From the NCBI RefSeq assembly GCF_003019035.1, contig NZ_CP027447.1: 64,000 nt of DNA. One strand, 5' to 3'. Positions 43,020 through 55,533 of this stretch are shown here, piece after piece. Numbering within the stretch: position 1 is the first letter of the stretch; each line of letters starts with the position of its first letter. Position numbers and translations under genes: made by a program. This DNA comes from Escherichia coli (GTDB taxonomy: Bacteria > Pseudomonadota > Gammaproteobacteria > Enterobacterales > Enterobacteriaceae). The notes under the pieces are model-generated. The model saw nothing but the letters and a program-made list of their open reading frames with translations, did not search any database and was not told the origin of the DNA.

Positions 43020-46000
43020 TGCAGGTGTTACCCCCGAGCAGCACAGGCGGCCCGTCGCGCCTGTTTATTATGCGTCCGGTGGCCACCACGCTGCTGATGG
43101 TGGCGATCTTACTCGCCGGGATTATCGGTTATCGCGCCCTGCCCGTTTCGGCGCTGCCGGAAGTGGACTATCCAACCATTCAGGTGGTCACCCTCTACCC
43201 AGGTGCGAGCCCGGATGTCATGACCTCTGCCGTTACCGCGCCGCTTGAACGCCAGTTTGGGCAGATGTCTGGCCTGAAACAGATGTCGTCGCAAAGTTCC
43301 GGCGGTGCGTCAGTTATCACTTTGCAGTTCCAGCTAACATTACCGCTCGATGTCGCCGAGCAGGAAGTGCAGGCCGCGATTAACGCTGCGACCAACTTGT
43401 TGCCGAGCGATCTGCCTAACCCGCCGGTTTACAGCAAAGTGAACCCGGCAGATCCGCCGATCATGACGCTCGCTGTCACCTCAACCGCCATGCCGATGAC
43501 GCAAGTGGAAGATATGGTGGAAACCCGCGTCGCGCAAAAAATCTCGCAGATTTCCGGCGTCGGCCTGGTGACGCTTTCCGGCGGCCAGCGTCCGGCTGTT
43601 CGCGTCAAACTTAACGCCCAGGCGATTGCCGCCCTCGGCCTGACCAGCGAAACCGTGCGCACCGCTATTACCGGCGCTAACGTTAACTCGGCAAAAGGTA
43701 GCCTCGACGGCCCTTCCCGTGCGGTTACGCTTTCCGCTAACGATCAGATGCAATCCGCCGAAGAGTATCGCCAGCTAATCATCGCCTACCAGAACGGCGC
43801 GCCGATTCGTCTGGGCGATGTCGCAACTGTAGAGCAAGGTGCAGAAAACAGTTGGCTCGGCGCATGGGCGAACAAAGAACAGGCCATTGTGATGAATGTT
43901 CAGCGCCAGCCCGGTGCTAACATTATCTCCACCGCCGACAGCATCCGGCAGATGCTGCCACAGCTCACCGAGAGTCTGCCGAAATCGGTGAAGGTGACGG
44001 TGCTTTCTGACCGCACCACCAACATCCGCGCATCGGTCGACGATACCCAGTTTGAATTAATGATGGCTATCGCGCTGGTAGTCATGATTATCTACCTGTT
44101 TTTGCGCAATATTCCGGCGACCATTATTCCTGGCGTCGCAGTGCCGCTGTCGTTAATCGGCACCTTCGCAGTCATGGTGTTTCTCGATTTTTCGATCAAT
44201 AACCTGACGCTGATGGCGTTAACTATCGCCACCGGATTCGTGGTCGATGACGCCATCGTGGTGATCGAGAACATTTCGCGCTATATCGAAAAAGGCGAAA
44301 AACCGCTGGCGGCGGCGCTCAAAGGCGCGGGTGAAATCGGCTTTACCATTATCTCGCTGACCTTCTCACTGATTGCAGTGTTGATCCCACTGTTATTTAT
44401 GGGCGATATCGTCGGGCGACTGTTCCGCGAATTTGCCATTACTCTGGCAGTCGCGATTTTGATCTCAGCCGTGGTGTCGCTGACCCTGACGCCGATGATG
44501 TGCGCACGGATGCTCAGCCAGGAGTCACTGCGTAAACAGAACAGCTTCTCCCGTGCCTCGGAGAAAATGTTCGACAGGATAATCGCCGCCTATGGTCGTG
44601 GACTGGCGAAAGTGCTGAATCATCCGTGGCTGACTTTAAGCGTGGCACTCAGCACTCTGCTGCTTAGTGTTCTCTTGTGGGTGTTCATTCCGAAAGGTTT
44701 CTTCCCAGTACAGGACAACGGCATTATTCAGGGCACTTTGCAGGCACCGCAATCCAGCTCCTTTGCCAATATGGCCCAGCGGCAACGCCAGGTCGCGGAT
44801 GTGATTTTGCAGGATCCGGCAGTGCAAAGCCTGACCTCGTTTGTTGGCGTTGATGGCACTAACCCGTCGCTGAACAGTGCGCGTTTGCAGATCAACCTCA
44901 AACCGTTGGATGAACGTGATGATCGGGTGCAAAAAGTCATCGCCCGTCTGCAAACGGCGGTAGATAAAGTGCCGGGCGTCGATCTCTTCCTGCAACCAAC
45001 GCAGGACCTGACTATTGATACTCAGGTCAGCCGCACCCAGTACCAGTTTACCTTGCAGGCCACGTCACTGGATGCGCTCAGTACCTGGGTGCCACAGTTG
45101 ATGGAAAAACTCCAGCAGCTGCCACAGCTTTCTGATGTCTCCAGCGACTGGCAGGACAAAGGGCTGGTGGCGTATGTCAATGTTGATCGCGACAGCGCCA
45201 GCCGTCTGGGGATCAGCATGGCGGACGTCGATAACGCCCTTTACAACGCGTTTGGTCAGCGACTGATTTCCACTATTTATACTCAGGCCAACCAGTATCG
45301 CGTGGTGCTGGAGCACAACACCGAAAATACTCCTGGGCTTGCGGCGCTGGATACTATTCGCCTGACCAGCAGCGACGGCGGCGTGGTGCCGCTAAGCTCA
45401 ATTGCCAAAATTGAGCAGCGTTTTGCGCCGCTTTCCATCAACCATCTGGATCAGTTCCCGGTAACGACCATCTCCTTTAACGTGCCGGATAACTATTCGC
45501 TGGGCGATGCGGTGCAAGCGATTATGGACACCGAAAAGACGCTGAATCTGCCGGTGGATATCACCACGCAGTTCCAGGGCAGCACCCTCGCCTTCCAGTC
45601 GGCGCTGGGCAGCACGGTCTGGCTGATTGTCGCGGCGGTGGTGGCGATGTATATCGTGCTCGGCATTCTGTACGAGAGCTTTATTCACCCGATCACCATT
45701 CTCTCGACGCTACCCACCGCAGGGGTCGGCGCGCTGCTGGCGTTAATGATTGCCGGTAGCGAACTGGATGTGATTGCCATTATCGGCATTATTTTGCTGA
45801 TCGGTATCGTGAAGAAGAACGCCATCATGATGATCGACTTCGCGCTGGCTGCCGAGCGCGAGCAAGGCATGTCGCCGCGCGATGCAATCTACCAGGCTTG
45901 TCTGTTGCGTTTTCGTCCGATCCTGATGACCACCCTGGCGGCTCTGCTCGGCGCGCTACCGCTGATGTTGAGTACCGGGGTCGGCGCGGAACTGCGTCGT

Positions 46001-46141
46001 CCGTTAGGTATCGGCATGGTCGGCGGTCTGATTGTCAGCCAGGTGCTGACGCTGTTTACCACGCCGGTGATTTATCTGCTATTCGACCGCCTGGCATTGT
46101 GGACCAAAAAACGCTTTGCTCGTCATGAAGAGGAGGCGTAA
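43019..46141 (+). CDS. mdtB: Multidrug efflux RND transporter subunit MdtB
   Basis: 1040-aa 12-TM RND ORF; start overlaps mdtA stop (tgATG). Confidence 0.95.
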   Translation: MQVLPPSSTGGPSRLFIMRPVATTLLMVAILLAGIIGYRALPVSALPEVDYPTIQVVTLYPGASPDVMTSAVTAPLERQFGQMSGLKQMSSQSSGGASVITLQFQLTLPLDVAEQEVQAAINAATNLLPSDLPNPPVYSKVNPADPPIMTLAVTSTAMPMTQVEDMVETRVAQKISQISGVGLVTLSGGQRPAVRVKLNAQAIAALGLTSETVRTAITGANVNSAKGSLDGPSRAVTLSANDQMQSAEEYRQLIIAYQNGAPIRLGDVATVEQGAENSWLGAWANKEQAIVMNVQRQPGANIISTADSIRQMLPQLTESLPKSVKVTVLSDRTTNIRASVDDTQFELMMAIALVVMIIYLFLRNIPATIIPGVAVPLSLIGTFAVMVFLDFSINNLTLMALTIATGFVVDDAIVVIENISRYIEKGEKPLAAALKGAGEIGFTIISLTFSLIAVLIPLLFMGDIVGRLFREFAITLAVAILISAVVSLTLTPMMCARMLSQESLRKQNSFSRASEKMFDRIIAAYGRGLAKVLNHPWLTLSVALSTLLLSVLLWVFIPKGFFPVQDNGIIQGTLQAPQSSSFANMAQRQRQVADVILQDPAVQSLTSFVGVDGTNPSLNSARLQINLKPLDERDDRVQKVIARLQTAVDKVPGVDLFLQPTQDLTIDTQVSRTQYQFTLQATSLDALSTWVPQLMEKLQQLPQLSDVSSDWQDKGLVAYVNVDRDSASRLGISMADVDNALYNAFGQRLISTIYTQANQYRVVLEHNTENTPGLAALDTIRLTSSDGGVVPLSSIAKIEQRFAPLSINHLDQFPVTTISFNVPDNYSLGDAVQAIMDTEKTLNLPVDITTQFQGSTLAFQSALGSTVWLIVAAVVAMYIVLGILYESFIHPITILSTLPTAGVGALLALMIAGSELDVIAIIGIILLIGIVKKNAIMMIDFALAAEREQGMSPRDAIYQACLLRFRPILMTTLAALLGALPLMLSTGVGAELRRPLGIGMVGGLIVSQVLTLFTTPVIYLLFDRLALWTKKRFARHEEEA

Positions 46142-49100
46142 GTGAAGTTTTTTGCCCTCTTCATTTACCGCCCGGTGGCGACGATTTTACTGTCGGTCGC
46201 CATTACCCTGTGCGGCATACTGGGTTTCCGTATGCTGCCAGTCGCCCCGCTGCCACAGGTCGATTTTCCGGTGATCATGGTCAGCGCCTCGCTGCCCGGT
46301 GCGTCACCAGAAACAATGGCGTCTTCCGTTGCCACGCCGCTGGAGCGCTCACTTGGGCGCATTGCCGGAGTCAGCGAAATGACCTCCAGCAGTTCGCTCG
46401 GCAGCACGCGCATTATTTTGCAGTTTGATTTTGACCGGGATATCAACGGCGCAGCGCGCGATGTGCAGGCGGCGATCAACGCCGCGCAAAGTCTGCTACC
46501 CAGCGGGATGCCCAGCCGTCCGACCTATCGCAAAGCGAACCCGTCGGATGCGCCAATTATGATCCTGACGCTAACCTCCGATACTTATTCGCAAGGTGAA
46601 CTGTACGATTTCGCCTCAACACAGCTGGCTCCGACGATTTCGCAAATCGACGGTGTCGGTGATGTCGATGTTGGCGGCAGCTCGCTGCCCGCCGTACGCG
46701 TCGGGCTGAATCCGCAGGCGCTGTTTAATCAGGGCGTCTCGCTGGACGACGTACGCACTGCCATCAGCAATGCCAACGTGCGTAAACCGCAGGGCGCGCT
46801 GGAAGATGGCACTCACCGCTGGCAGATCCAGACCAACGATGAACTGAAAACAGCCGCTGAATATCAGCCGTTGATTATTCATTACAACAACGGCGGCGCG
46901 GTTCGTCTGGGCGATGTGGCGACGGTGACCGACTCAGTACAGGATGTGCGCAACGCCGGGATGACCAACGCCAAACCGGCTATTTTGCTGATGATCCGCA
47001 AGCTGCCGGAAGCCAATATTATCCAGACGGTTGACAGCATCCGCGCCCGTCTGCCGGAATTACAATCCACCATCCCGGCAGCAATTGATCTGCAAATTGC
47101 CCAGGATCGCTCCCCTACTATCCGCGCGTCGCTGGAAGAGGTTGAGCAGACGCTGATTATCTCGGTGGCGCTGGTGATTCTGGTGGTGTTTTTATTCCTG
47201 CGCTCGGGTCGCGCCACTATTATTCCCGCCGTTGCGGTGCCGGTTTCGCTGATTGGTACGTTTGCGGCGATGTACCTGTGCGGATTCAGTCTCAATAACC
47301 TTTCGTTAATGGCACTCACCATCGCTACTGGTTTCGTGGTGGATGACGCCATCGTGGTGCTGGAAAACATTGCCCGTCACCTGGAAGCGGGGATGAAACC
47401 ACTACAGGCCGCACTGCAAGGTACTCGCGAAGTCGGTTTTACGGTGCTGTCGATGAGTCTGTCACTGGTGGCGGTGTTCCTGCCGCTGCTGTTGATGGGC
47501 GGATTGCCGGGTCGCCTGTTACGCGAGTTTGCCGTGACGCTTTCTGTCGCCATTGGTATTTCGTTGCTGGTTTCCCTGACGTTAACGCCGATGATGTGCG
47601 GCTGGATGCTGAAAGCCAGCAAGCCGCGCGAGCAAAAGCGACTGCGTGGTTTTGGTCGCATGTTGGTAGCCCTGCAACAAGGCTATGGCAAGTCGCTGAA
47701 ATGGGTGCTCAATCATACCCGTCTGGTGGGCGTGGTGCTGCTTGGCACCATTGCGCTGAATATCTGGCTGTATATCTCGATCCCGAAAACCTTCTTCCCG
47801 GAGCAGGACACCGGCGTGTTGATGGGCGGGATACAGGCGGATCAGAGTATTTCGTTTCAGGCGATGCGCAGTAAGTTGCAGGATTTTATGAAAATTATCC
47901 GTGACGATCCGGCGGTGGATAATGTCACCGGCTTTACCGGCGGTTCGCGGGTGAACAGTGGGATGATGTTTATCACCCTCAAGCCACGCGACGAACGCAG
48001 CGAAACGGCGCAGCAAATTATCGACCGTCTGCGCGTAAAACTGGCGAAAGAACCGGGGGCGAATCTGTTCCTGATGGCGGTACAGGATATTCGCGTTGGC
48101 GGACGTCAGGCTAACGCCAGCTACCAGTACACATTATTGTCCGACGATCTGGCGGCACTGCGCGAATGGGAGCCGAAAATCCGCAAAAAACTGGCGACGT
48201 TGCCGGAACTGGCGGACGTGAACTCCGATCAGCAGGATAACGGCGCGGAAATGAATCTGGTTTACGACCGCGACACCATGGCACGGCTGGGAATCGACGT
48301 GCAGGCCGCCAACAGCCTGTTAAATAACGCCTTCGGTCAGCGGCAAATCTCGACCATTTACCAGCCGATGAACCAGTATAAAGTGGTGATGGAAGTGGAT
48401 CCGCGCTATACCCAGGACATCAGTGCGCTGGAAAAAATGTTCGTTATCAATAACGAAGGAAAAGCGATCCCGCTGTCGTATTTCGCTAAATGGCAACCGG
48501 CGAATGCCCCACTATCGGTGAATCATCAGGGATTATCGGCGGCCTCGACCATCTCGTTCAACCTGCCGACCGGGAAATCGCTCTCGGACGCCAGTGCGGC
48601 GATCGATCGCGCAATGACCCAGCTTGGTGTGCCTTCGACGGTGCGCGGTAGTTTTGCCGGCACGGCGCAGGTGTTCCAGGAGACGATGAACTCGCAGGTG
48701 ATCCTGATTATCGCCGCCATCGCCACGGTGTATATCGTGCTGGGTATCCTTTACGAGAGTTACGTACATCCGCTGACGATTCTCTCCACCCTGCCCTCGG
48801 CGGGCGTTGGAGCGCTGTTGGCGCTGGAGCTGTTCAATGCCCCGTTCAGCCTAATCGCCCTGATAGGGATCATGCTATTAATCGGCATCGTGAAGAAAAA
48901 CGCCATTATGATGGTCGATTTTGCGCTCGAAGCCCAACGGCACGGTAACCTGACGCCGCAGGAAGCTATTTTCCAGGCCTGTCTGCTGCGTTTTCGCCCG
49001 ATTATGATGACTACCCTGGCGGCGCTGTTTGGCGCGCTGCCGCTGGTGTTGTCGGGCGGTGACGGCTCGGAGCTGCGGCAACCCCTGGGGATCACCATTG

Positions 49101-49219
49101 TCGGCGGTCTGGTAATGAGCCAGCTTCTGACGCTGTATACCACGCCGGTGGTGTATCTCTTTTTCGACCGTCTGCGGCTGCGTTTTTCGCGTAAACCTAA
49201 ACAAACGGTAACCGAGTAA
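46142..49219 (+). CDS. mdtC: Multidrug efflux RND transporter subunit MdtC (GTG start)
   Basis: 1025-aa [29 protein letters not shown]…. Confidence 0.95.
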   Translation: MKFFALFIYRPVATILLSVAITLCGILGFRMLPVAPLPQVDFPVIMVSASLPGASPETMASSVATPLERSLGRIAGVSEMTSSSSLGSTRIILQFDFDRDINGAARDVQAAINAAQSLLPSGMPSRPTYRKANPSDAPIMILTLTSDTYSQGELYDFASTQLAPTISQIDGVGDVDVGGSSLPAVRVGLNPQALFNQGVSLDDVRTAISNANVRKPQGALEDGTHRWQIQTNDELKTAAEYQPLIIHYNNGGAVRLGDVATVTDSVQDVRNAGMTNAKPAILLMIRKLPEANIIQTVDSIRARLPELQSTIPAAIDLQIAQDRSPTIRASLEEVEQTLIISVALVILVVFLFLRSGRATIIPAVAVPVSLIGTFAAMYLCGFSLNNLSLMALTIATGFVVDDAIVVLENIARHLEAGMKPLQAALQGTREVGFTVLSMSLSLVAVFLPLLLMGGLPGRLLREFAVTLSVAIGISLLVSLTLTPMMCGWMLKASKPREQKRLRGFGRMLVALQQGYGKSLKWVLNHTRLVGVVLLGTIALNIWLYISIPKTFFPEQDTGVLMGGIQADQSISFQAMRSKLQDFMKIIRDDPAVDNVTGFTGGSRVNSGMMFITLKPRDERSETAQQIIDRLRVKLAKEPGANLFLMAVQDIRVGGRQANASYQYTLLSDDLAALREWEPKIRKKLATLPELADVNSDQQDNGAEMNLVYDRDTMARLGIDVQAANSLLNNAFGQRQISTIYQPMNQYKVVMEVDPRYTQDISALEKMFVINNEGKAIPLSYFAKWQPANAPLSVNHQGLSAASTISFNLPTGKSLSDASAAIDRAMTQLGVPSTVRGSFAGTAQVFQETMNSQVILIIAAIATVYIVLGILYESYVHPLTILSTLPSAGVGALLALELFNAPFSLIALIGIMLLIGIVKKNAIMMVDFALEAQRHGNLTPQEAIFQACLLRFRPIMMTTLAALFGALPLVLSGGDGSELRQPLGITIVGGLVMSQLLTLYTTPVVYLFFDRLRLRFSRKPKQTVTE

Positions 49220-50635
49220 ATGACAGATCTTCCCGACAGCACCCGCTGGCAATTGTGGATTGTGGCTTTCGGCTTCTTTATGCAGTCGCTGGACACCACC
49301 ATCGTAAACACTGCCCTTCCCTCAATGGCGCAAAGCCTCGGGGAAAGTCCGTTGCATATGCACATGGTCATTGTCTCTTATGTGCTGACCGTGGCGGTGA
49401 TGCTGCCCGCCAGCGGCTGGCTGGCGGACAAAGTCGGCGTGCGCAATATTTTCTTTACCGCCATCGTGCTGTTTACTCTCGGTTCACTGTTTTGCGCGCT
49501 TTCCGGCACGCTGAACGAACTGTTGCTGGCACGCGCGTTACAGGGCGTTGGCGGTGCGATGATGGTGCCGGTCGGCAGGTTGACGGTGATGAAAATCGTA
49601 CCGCGCGAGCAATATATGGCGGCGATGACCTTTGTCACGTTACCCGGTCAGGTCGGGCCGCTGCTCGGTCCGGCGCTCGGCGGCCTGCTGGTGGAGTACG
49701 CCTCCTGGCACTGGATCTTTTTGATCAACATTCCGGTGGGGATTATCGGTGCGATCGCCACACTGATGTTAATGCCGAACTACACCATGCAGACGCGGCG
49801 CTTTGATCTCTCCGGCTTTTTATTGCTGGCGGTTGGCATGGCGGTATTAACGCTGGCACTGGATGGCAGTAAAGGTACAGGACTGTCGCCGCTAATCATC
49901 ACTGTGCTGGTGGCTGTGGGCGTGCTAGCCATTGCGCTTTATCTGCTGCATGCCAGAAACAATCATCGCGCCCTGTTCAGCCTGAAACTGTTTCGCACCC
50001 GCACCTTTTCGCTGGGCCTGGCGGGGAGCTTTGCCGGACGTATCGGCAGTGGCATGTTGCCCTTTATGACGCCGGTTTTCCTGCAAATTGGCCTCGGTTT
50101 CTCGCCGTTTCATGCCGGGTTGATGATGATCCCGATGGTGCTCGGCAGCATGGGGATGAAGCGAATTGTGGTACAGGTAGTGAATCGCTTTGGTTACCGT
50201 CGGGTACTGGTGTCGACCACGCTGGGCCTGTCGCTGGTCACCCTGCTGTTTATGACTACCGCTCTGCTGGGCTGGTACTACGTTTTGCCGTTCGTCCTGT
50301 TTTTACAAGGGATGGTCAACTCGACGCGTTTCTCCTCAATGAACACCCTGACGCTGAAAGATCTACCAGACAATCTGGCGAGCAGCGGCAACAGCCTGCT
50401 GTCGATGATTATGCAATTGTCGATGAGTATCGGCGTCACTATCGCCGGGCTGTTGCTGGGACTTTTTGGTTCACAGCATGTCAGCGTCGACAGCGGCACC
50501 ACACAAACCGTCTTTATGTACACCTGGCTTAGCATGGCGTTTATCATCGCCCTTCCGGCGTTCATCTTTGCCAGAGTGCCGAACGATACGCATCAAAATG
50601 TAGCTATTTCGCGGCGAAAAAGGAGCGCGCAATGA
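49220..50635 (+). CDS. mdtD: MFS transporter MdtD
   Basis: 471-aa 14-TM MFS ORF immediately after mdtC stop. Confidence 0.93.
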   Translation: MTDLPDSTRWQLWIVAFGFFMQSLDTTIVNTALPSMAQSLGESPLHMHMVIVSYVLTVAVMLPASGWLADKVGVRNIFFTAIVLFTLGSLFCALSGTLNELLLARALQGVGGAMMVPVGRLTVMKIVPREQYMAAMTFVTLPGQVGPLLGPALGGLLVEYASWHWIFLINIPVGIIGAIATLMLMPNYTMQTRRFDLSGFLLLAVGMAVLTLALDGSKGTGLSPLIITVLVAVGVLAIALYLLHARNNHRALFSLKLFRTRTFSLGLAGSFAGRIGSGMLPFMTPVFLQIGLGFSPFHAGLMMIPMVLGSMGMKRIVVQVVNRFGYRRVLVSTTLGLSLVTLLFMTTALLGWYYVLPFVLFLQGMVNSTRFSSMNTLTLKDLPDNLASSGNSLLSMIMQLSMSIGVTIAGLLLGLFGSQHVSVDSGTTQTVFMYTWLSMAFIIALPAFIFARVPNDTHQNVAISRRKRSAQ

Positions 50636-52035
50636 AGTTCTGGCGACCCGGTATTACCGGCAAACTGTTTCTGGCGATTTTCGCCACCTGCATTGTCTTA
50701 TTGATCACGATGCACTGGGCGGTACGTATCAGTTTTGAGCGCGGCTTTATCGATTACATCAAGCATGGTAATGAACAACGGCTGCAAATGCTCGGCGATG
50801 CGCTTGGTGAGCAGTACGCCCAGCACGGGAACTGGCGCTTCCTGCGTAATAACGATCGCTTTGTATTTCAGATCCTACGTTCGCTGGAGCATGATAACAA
50901 CGAAGATAAGCCCGGCCCCGGTATGCCGCCACACGGTTGGCGCACGCAATTCTGGGTGGTTGATCAAAACAACAAAGTGCTGGTTGGCCCGCGAGCACCG
51001 ATTCCACCCGACGGCACACGGCGGCCCATTATGGTCAATGGGGCGGAAGTGGGTGCGGTGATCGCCTCCCCTGTTGAACGACTGACCCGTAATACTGATA
51101 TCAATTTTGACAGACAACAGAGGCAAACCAGTTGGCTGATTGTCGCTTTATCTACCTTGTTAGCGGCGCTGGCGACATTCCCACTGGCGCGCGGTTTGCT
51201 GGCTCCGGTCAAACGACTGGTGGACGGTACACACAAACTGGCAGCGGGCGATTTCACTACTCGCGTGACGCCCACCAGTGAAGATGAATTGGGCAAACTG
51301 GCGCAAGACTTCAACCAGCTTGCCAGCACGCTGGAGAAAAACCAGCAAATGCGGCGCGATTTTATGGCCGATATTTCTCACGAACTGCGTACGCCATTAG
51401 CGGTGCTGCGCGGTGAACTGGAAGCCATTCAGGATGGCGTGCGCAAATTCACGCCGGAGACGGTGGCGTCTTTACAGGCGGAGGTCGGTACACTGACCAA
51501 ACTGGTTGACGATCTCCATCAGTTGTCGATGTCTGATGAAGGCGCTCTCGCCTATCAAAAAGCACCGGTAGATTTGATCCCACTGCTGGAAGTAGCGGGC
51601 GGCGCATTTCGCGAACGATTTGCCAGCCGTGGCCTGAAACTGCAATTTTCCCTGCCAGACAGTATTACCGTATTTGGCGATCGCGATCGTTTAATGCAGT
51701 TGTTCAATAACTTACTGGAAAACAGCCTGCGCTACACTGACAGCGGCGGCAGCCTGAAAATCTCTGCCGAGCAGCACGACAAAACGGTGCGCCTGACCTT
51801 TGCCGACAGTGCGCCGGGTGTCAGTGACGATCAGCTACAAAAATTGTTTGAACGTTTTTATCGCACCGAAGGTTCCCGCAACCGCGCCAGCGGTGGTTCC
51901 GGGCTGGGGCTGGCGATTTGCCTGAACATTGTTGAAGCACATAACGGCCGCATTATTGCCGCCCATTCGCCTTTTGGCGGGCTTAGCATTACAGTAGAGT
52001 TACCGCTGGAACGGGATTTACAGAGAGAAGTATGA
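50632..52035 (+). CDS. baeS: Envelope-stress sensor histidine kinase BaeS
   Basis: 467-aa ORF with HAMP, H-box ([12 protein letters not shown]) and ATPase G-boxes; 4-nt overlap with mdtD. Confidence 0.95.
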
Positions 52036-52754
52036 CCGAGTTACCAATCGACGAAAACACACCGCGTATTTTGATCGTGGAAGATGAACCGAAGCTGGGG
52101 CAGTTGCTCATTGATTATCTGCGTGCTGCTAGCTATGCGCCAACGTTGATTAGCCACGGCGATCAGGTACTGCCATATGTGCGCCAGACACCACCGGATC
52201 TGATCCTGTTGGATCTGATGCTCCCTGGCACCGATGGCCTGACGCTGTGCCGGGAAATTCGTCGTTTTTCTGACATTCCGATCGTGATGGTGACGGCAAA
52301 AATCGAAGAGATCGACCGCCTGCTGGGGTTGGAGATTGGCGCAGATGACTATATCTGCAAGCCGTACAGCCCACGGGAAGTGGTAGCGCGCGTCAAAACC
52401 ATTTTGCGCCGTTGCAAACCGCAGCGTGAGTTGCAGCAACAGGATGCTGAAAGCCCGTTGATTATCGACGAAGGTCGTTTTCAGGCTTCATGGCGCGGTA
52501 AAATGCTTGACCTGACGCCTGCGGAATTTCGTCTGCTGAAAACGCTCTCTCATGAACCAGGAAAAGTGTTCTCCCGCGAGCAATTGCTCAATCATCTTTA
52601 TGACGACTACCGCGTAGTAACCGACCGCACCATCGACAGCCACATTAAAAACCTGCGCCGCAAGCTGGAATCTCTCGACGCCGAACAGTCATTTATCCGC
52701 GCCGTTTACGGCGTCGGTTACCGCTGGGAAGCCGACGCCTGCCGCATCGTTTAA
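52032..52754 (+). CDS. baeR: OmpR-family response regulator BaeR
   Basis: 240-aa ORF; receiver domain ([14 protein letters not shown]…DLMLPGTDG) and winged-helix output. Confidence 0.95.
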
Positions 52755-52765
52755 TATTTTTACCT

Positions 52766-52795
52766 GCCGGAGAAGGCATTCACGCCGCATCCGGC
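52766..52795. repeat. REP element (single unit)
   Basis: gccggagaaggcattcacgccgcatccggc. Confidence 0.6.
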
Positions 52796-52933
52796 AACAT
52801 TATCCCATGCATTGTCGGCTATCTGACATTATCTCTCCGCCCTGGCAAGCACCTGAAAATCGCTCATACTTTAATCGGCAAACAGTCCTTTTAGATGCTG
52901 TTTTCGATACGCAATTTCAATCAAGGAGTCATT

Positions 52934-53266
52934 ATGGCTGGTTGGTTTGAACTCAGTAAGAGCAGTGATAATCAGTTCCGGTTTGTGCTAAAAGCGGGCA
53001 ATGGTGAGACTATCCTCACCAGCGAGCTGTATACCTCAAAAGCCTCTGCGGAAAAGGGCATCGCGTCGGTACGTAGCAACAGCCCGCAAGAAGAACGCTA
53101 TGAGAAAAAAACGGCAAGCAACGGCAAATTCTATTTCAATCTGAAAGCCGCCAATCATCAAATTATCGGCTCCAGCCAGATGTACGCCACCGCGCAATCT
53201 CGTGAAACCGGAATTGCCTCCGTTAAAGCCAATGGCACAAGCCAGACGGTAAAAGACAATACGTAA
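52934..53266 (+). CDS. yegP: YegP (UPF0339/DUF1508 tandem-repeat protein)
   Basis: 110-aa product MAGWFELSKSSDNQFRF… with internal duplication; RBS aaggag 6 nt upstream. Confidence 0.9.
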   Translation: MAGWFELSKSSDNQFRFVLKAGNGETILTSELYTSKASAEKGIASVRSNSPQEERYEKKTASNGKFYFNLKAANHQIIGSSQMYATAQSRETGIASVKANGTSQTVKDNT

Positions 53267-53273
53267 TTACGAT

Positions 53274-53305
53274 GCCGGGCGTGGGTTGTTGGCGTCCGGC
53301 TTTAT
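53274..53305 (+). terminator. Rho-independent terminator of yegP
   Basis: GC-rich hairpin gccgggcgtgggttgttggcgtccggc followed by tttat. Confidence 0.55.
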
Positions 53306-53519
53306 ATCAAAACAACTCTTAGTTATTGATAATTAAGATTAACCTCCGCCATTAAAATAGTGGGCACTGACGAGCACTCGTTGTGCTTTCTTTGTTTACC
53401 ATCCCATACTTATCTTCCTGAACATGTTCATATGCCAAAATATCTTCTAATACTTTCGTGACGCTATCCGGTTTATGAAATACACTGATGTAAGATTTTT
53501 ACTTACAGGCGGGTGTAAA

Positions 53520-53771
53520 ATGGCCAGAACGATGACGGTTGATCTCGGCGATGAGTTGCGTGAATTTATCGAGTCCTTAATTGAATCCGGCGACTATCGC
53601 ACCCAAAGCGAAGTGATCCGTGAGTCGCTGCGCTTACTTCGAGAAAAGCAAGCAGAGTCTCGCCTGCAAGCGTTACGTGACATGCTCGCTGAAGGGTTGA
53701 GTAGTGGTGAAGCTCAGCCGTGGGAAAAGGACGCGTTTTTACGGAAGGTGAAAGCAGGGATAAGGAAATAA
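53520..53771 (+). CDS. parD: Type II antitoxin ParD (ribbon-helix-helix)
   Basis: 83-aa product MARTMTVDLGDELREFIESLIESGDYRTQSEVIRESLRLLREK… characteristic ParD N-terminus; stop overlaps downstream toxin start region. Confidence 0.8.
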   Translation: MARTMTVDLGDELREFIESLIESGDYRTQSEVIRESLRLLREKQAESRLQALRDMLAEGLSSGEAQPWEKDAFLRKVKAGIRK

Positions 53772-53772
53772 T

Positions 53773-54069
53773 GTGCGTACTATAAAACTCATGCCAAAAG
53801 CCAATGAGGATTTAGAAGGCATCTGGTATTACAGCTATCACCATTTCGGCGAACCACAAGCCGACAGATATGTGGAACATCTTTCAGACGTTCTCCAGAT
53901 TCTGAGTAACAATAATATAGGTACGCCCAGACCTGAATTAGGCGAAGGTATTTTTGTTCTTCCTTTTGAACGCCACGTAATTTATTTCCTGCAATCACCA
54001 GAGGAAATTATCGTCATTCGTATCCTTAACCAAAACCAGTACGCCTCCAGACATTTACACTGGAGCTAA
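53773..54069 (+). CDS. parE: Type II toxin ParE (RelE/ParE superfamily); GTG start
   Basis: 98-aa ORF …ANEDLEGIWYYSYHHFGEPQADRYVEHL…HVIYFLQSPEEIIVIRILNQNQ…; starts 2 nt after parD stop. Confidence 0.8.
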   Translation: MRTIKLMPKANEDLEGIWYYSYHHFGEPQADRYVEHLSDVLQILSNNNIGTPRPELGEGIFVLPFERHVIYFLQSPEEIIVIRILNQNQYASRHLHWS

Positions 54070-54171
54070 ACCCGCCGATTGCGCTACAATGCCCGCCCTT
54101 AAAGTGGGGGCACTCCCCTAACCGCTTCATCAGGTGAAGCGGATCTGACCTGTCATCAGAACGAGAGAATT

Positions 54172-55533
54172 ATGTTTAAACCGGAACTCCTTTCCCCGGC
54201 GGGAACGCTGAAAAATATGCGTTACGCTTTCGCTTATGGCGCAGATGCTGTTTATGCGGGCCAGCCGCGTTACTCCCTGCGTGTGCGCAACAACGAATTC
54301 AACCACGAAAATCTCCAGCTCGGCATCAATGAAGCCCACGCGCTGGGGAAAAAGTTTTATGTCGTGGTCAACATTGCACCGCACAACGCCAAGCTGAAAA
54401 CCTTTATCCGTGACCTGAAACCGGTGGTGGAGATGGGGCCGGATGCGCTGATTATGTCCGATCCAGGGCTGATTATGCTGGTGCGCGAGCACTTCCCTGA
54501 AATGCCGATCCACCTCTCGGTGCAGGCTAACGCCGTGAACTGGGCGACGGTGAAATTCTGGCAGCAAATGGGACTGACCCGCGTGATCCTCTCTCGCGAG
54601 CTGTCGCTGGAAGAGATTGAAGAGATCCGTAATCAGGTGCCGGGTATGGAGATCGAGATCTTCGTTCACGGTGCGCTGTGCATGGCCTACTCCGGTCGCT
54701 GCCTGCTCTCTGGCTATATCAACAAGCGCGACCCGAACCAGGGCACCTGCACCAACGCCTGCCGCTGGGAGTACAACGTCCAGGAAGGGAAAGAAGATGA
54801 CGTTGGCAACATCGTGCACAAGTACGAGCCGATTCCGGTGCAAAATGTTGAGCCGACGCTGGGCATCGGCGCGCCAACCGACAAAGTGTTTATGATCGAA
54901 GAAGCTCAGCGTCCGGGCGAGTATATGACTGCGTTTGAAGATGAGCACGGCACTTACATCATGAACTCGAAAGATCTGCGCGCTATCGCCCACGTTGAAC
55001 GCCTGACCAAAATGGGCGTGCATTCGCTGAAAATCGAAGGTCGTACAAAATCTTTCTACTATTGCGCACGCACCGCGCAGGTTTACCGTAAAGCTATCGA
55101 TGACGCAGCTGCGGGAAAACCATTCGATACCAGCCTGCTGGAAACTCTGGAAGGTCTGGCGCATCGTGGCTATACCGAAGGTTTCCTGCGTCGTCATACT
55201 CACGACGATTATCAGAACTACGAATACGGTTATTCAGTTTCTGACCGCCAGCAGTTTGTTGGTGAGTTTACCGGTGAGCGCAAGGGCGACCTCGCGGCGG
55301 TAGCGGTGAAAAATAAATTCTCCGTTGGCGACAGCCTTGAGCTGATGACGCCGCAAGGGAACATTAACTTTACCCTTGAGCATATGGAAAACGCCAAAGG
55401 TGAAGCTATGCCGGTCGCACCAGGCGATGGTTATACTGTGTGGATCCCGGTGCCGCAGGATCTTGAGCTAAATTACGCGCTGCTGATGCGTAATTTCTCC
55501 GGGGAAACCACGCGTAACCCCCACGGTAAGTGA
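54172..55533 (+). CDS. yegQ: Peptidase-U32-family protein YegQ (TrhP, implicated in tRNA ho5U synthesis)
   Basis: 453-aa ORF MFKPELLSPAGTLKNMRYAFAYGADAVYAG…. Confidence 0.92.
   Translation: MFKPELLSPAGTLKNMRYAFAYGADAVYAGQPRYSLRVRNNEFNHENLQLGINEAHALGKKFYVVVNIAPHNAKLKTFIRDLKPVVEMGPDALIMSDPGLIMLVREHFPEMPIHLSVQANAVNWATVKFWQQMGLTRVILSRELSLEEIEEIRNQVPGMEIEIFVHGALCMAYSGRCLLSGYINKRDPNQGTCTNACRWEYNVQEGKEDDVGNIVHKYEPIPVQNVEPTLGIGAPTDKVFMIEEAQRPGEYMTAFEDEHGTYIMNSKDLRAIAHVERLTKMGVHSLKIEGRTKSFYYCARTAQVYRKAIDDAAAGKPFDTSLLETLEGLAHRGYTEGFLRRHTHDDYQNYEYGYSVSDRQQFVGEFTGERKGDLAAVAVKNKFSVGDSLELMTPQGNINFTLEHMENAKGEAMPVAPGDGYTVWIPVPQDLELNYALLMRNFSGETTRNPHGK

Noticed and set aside
46882-47370. 162-aa minus-strand ORF (and similar ones at 48760-49371, 47582-48016, 44636-44995)
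   Set aside because: Antisense shadows inside the GC-rich mdtB/mdtC genes; no independent signal.
54130-55203. 357-aa ORF on the minus strand
   Set aside because: Lies entirely antisense to yegQ, has His/Arg/Phe-rich shadow-ORF composition, and no RBS or recognisable domain.
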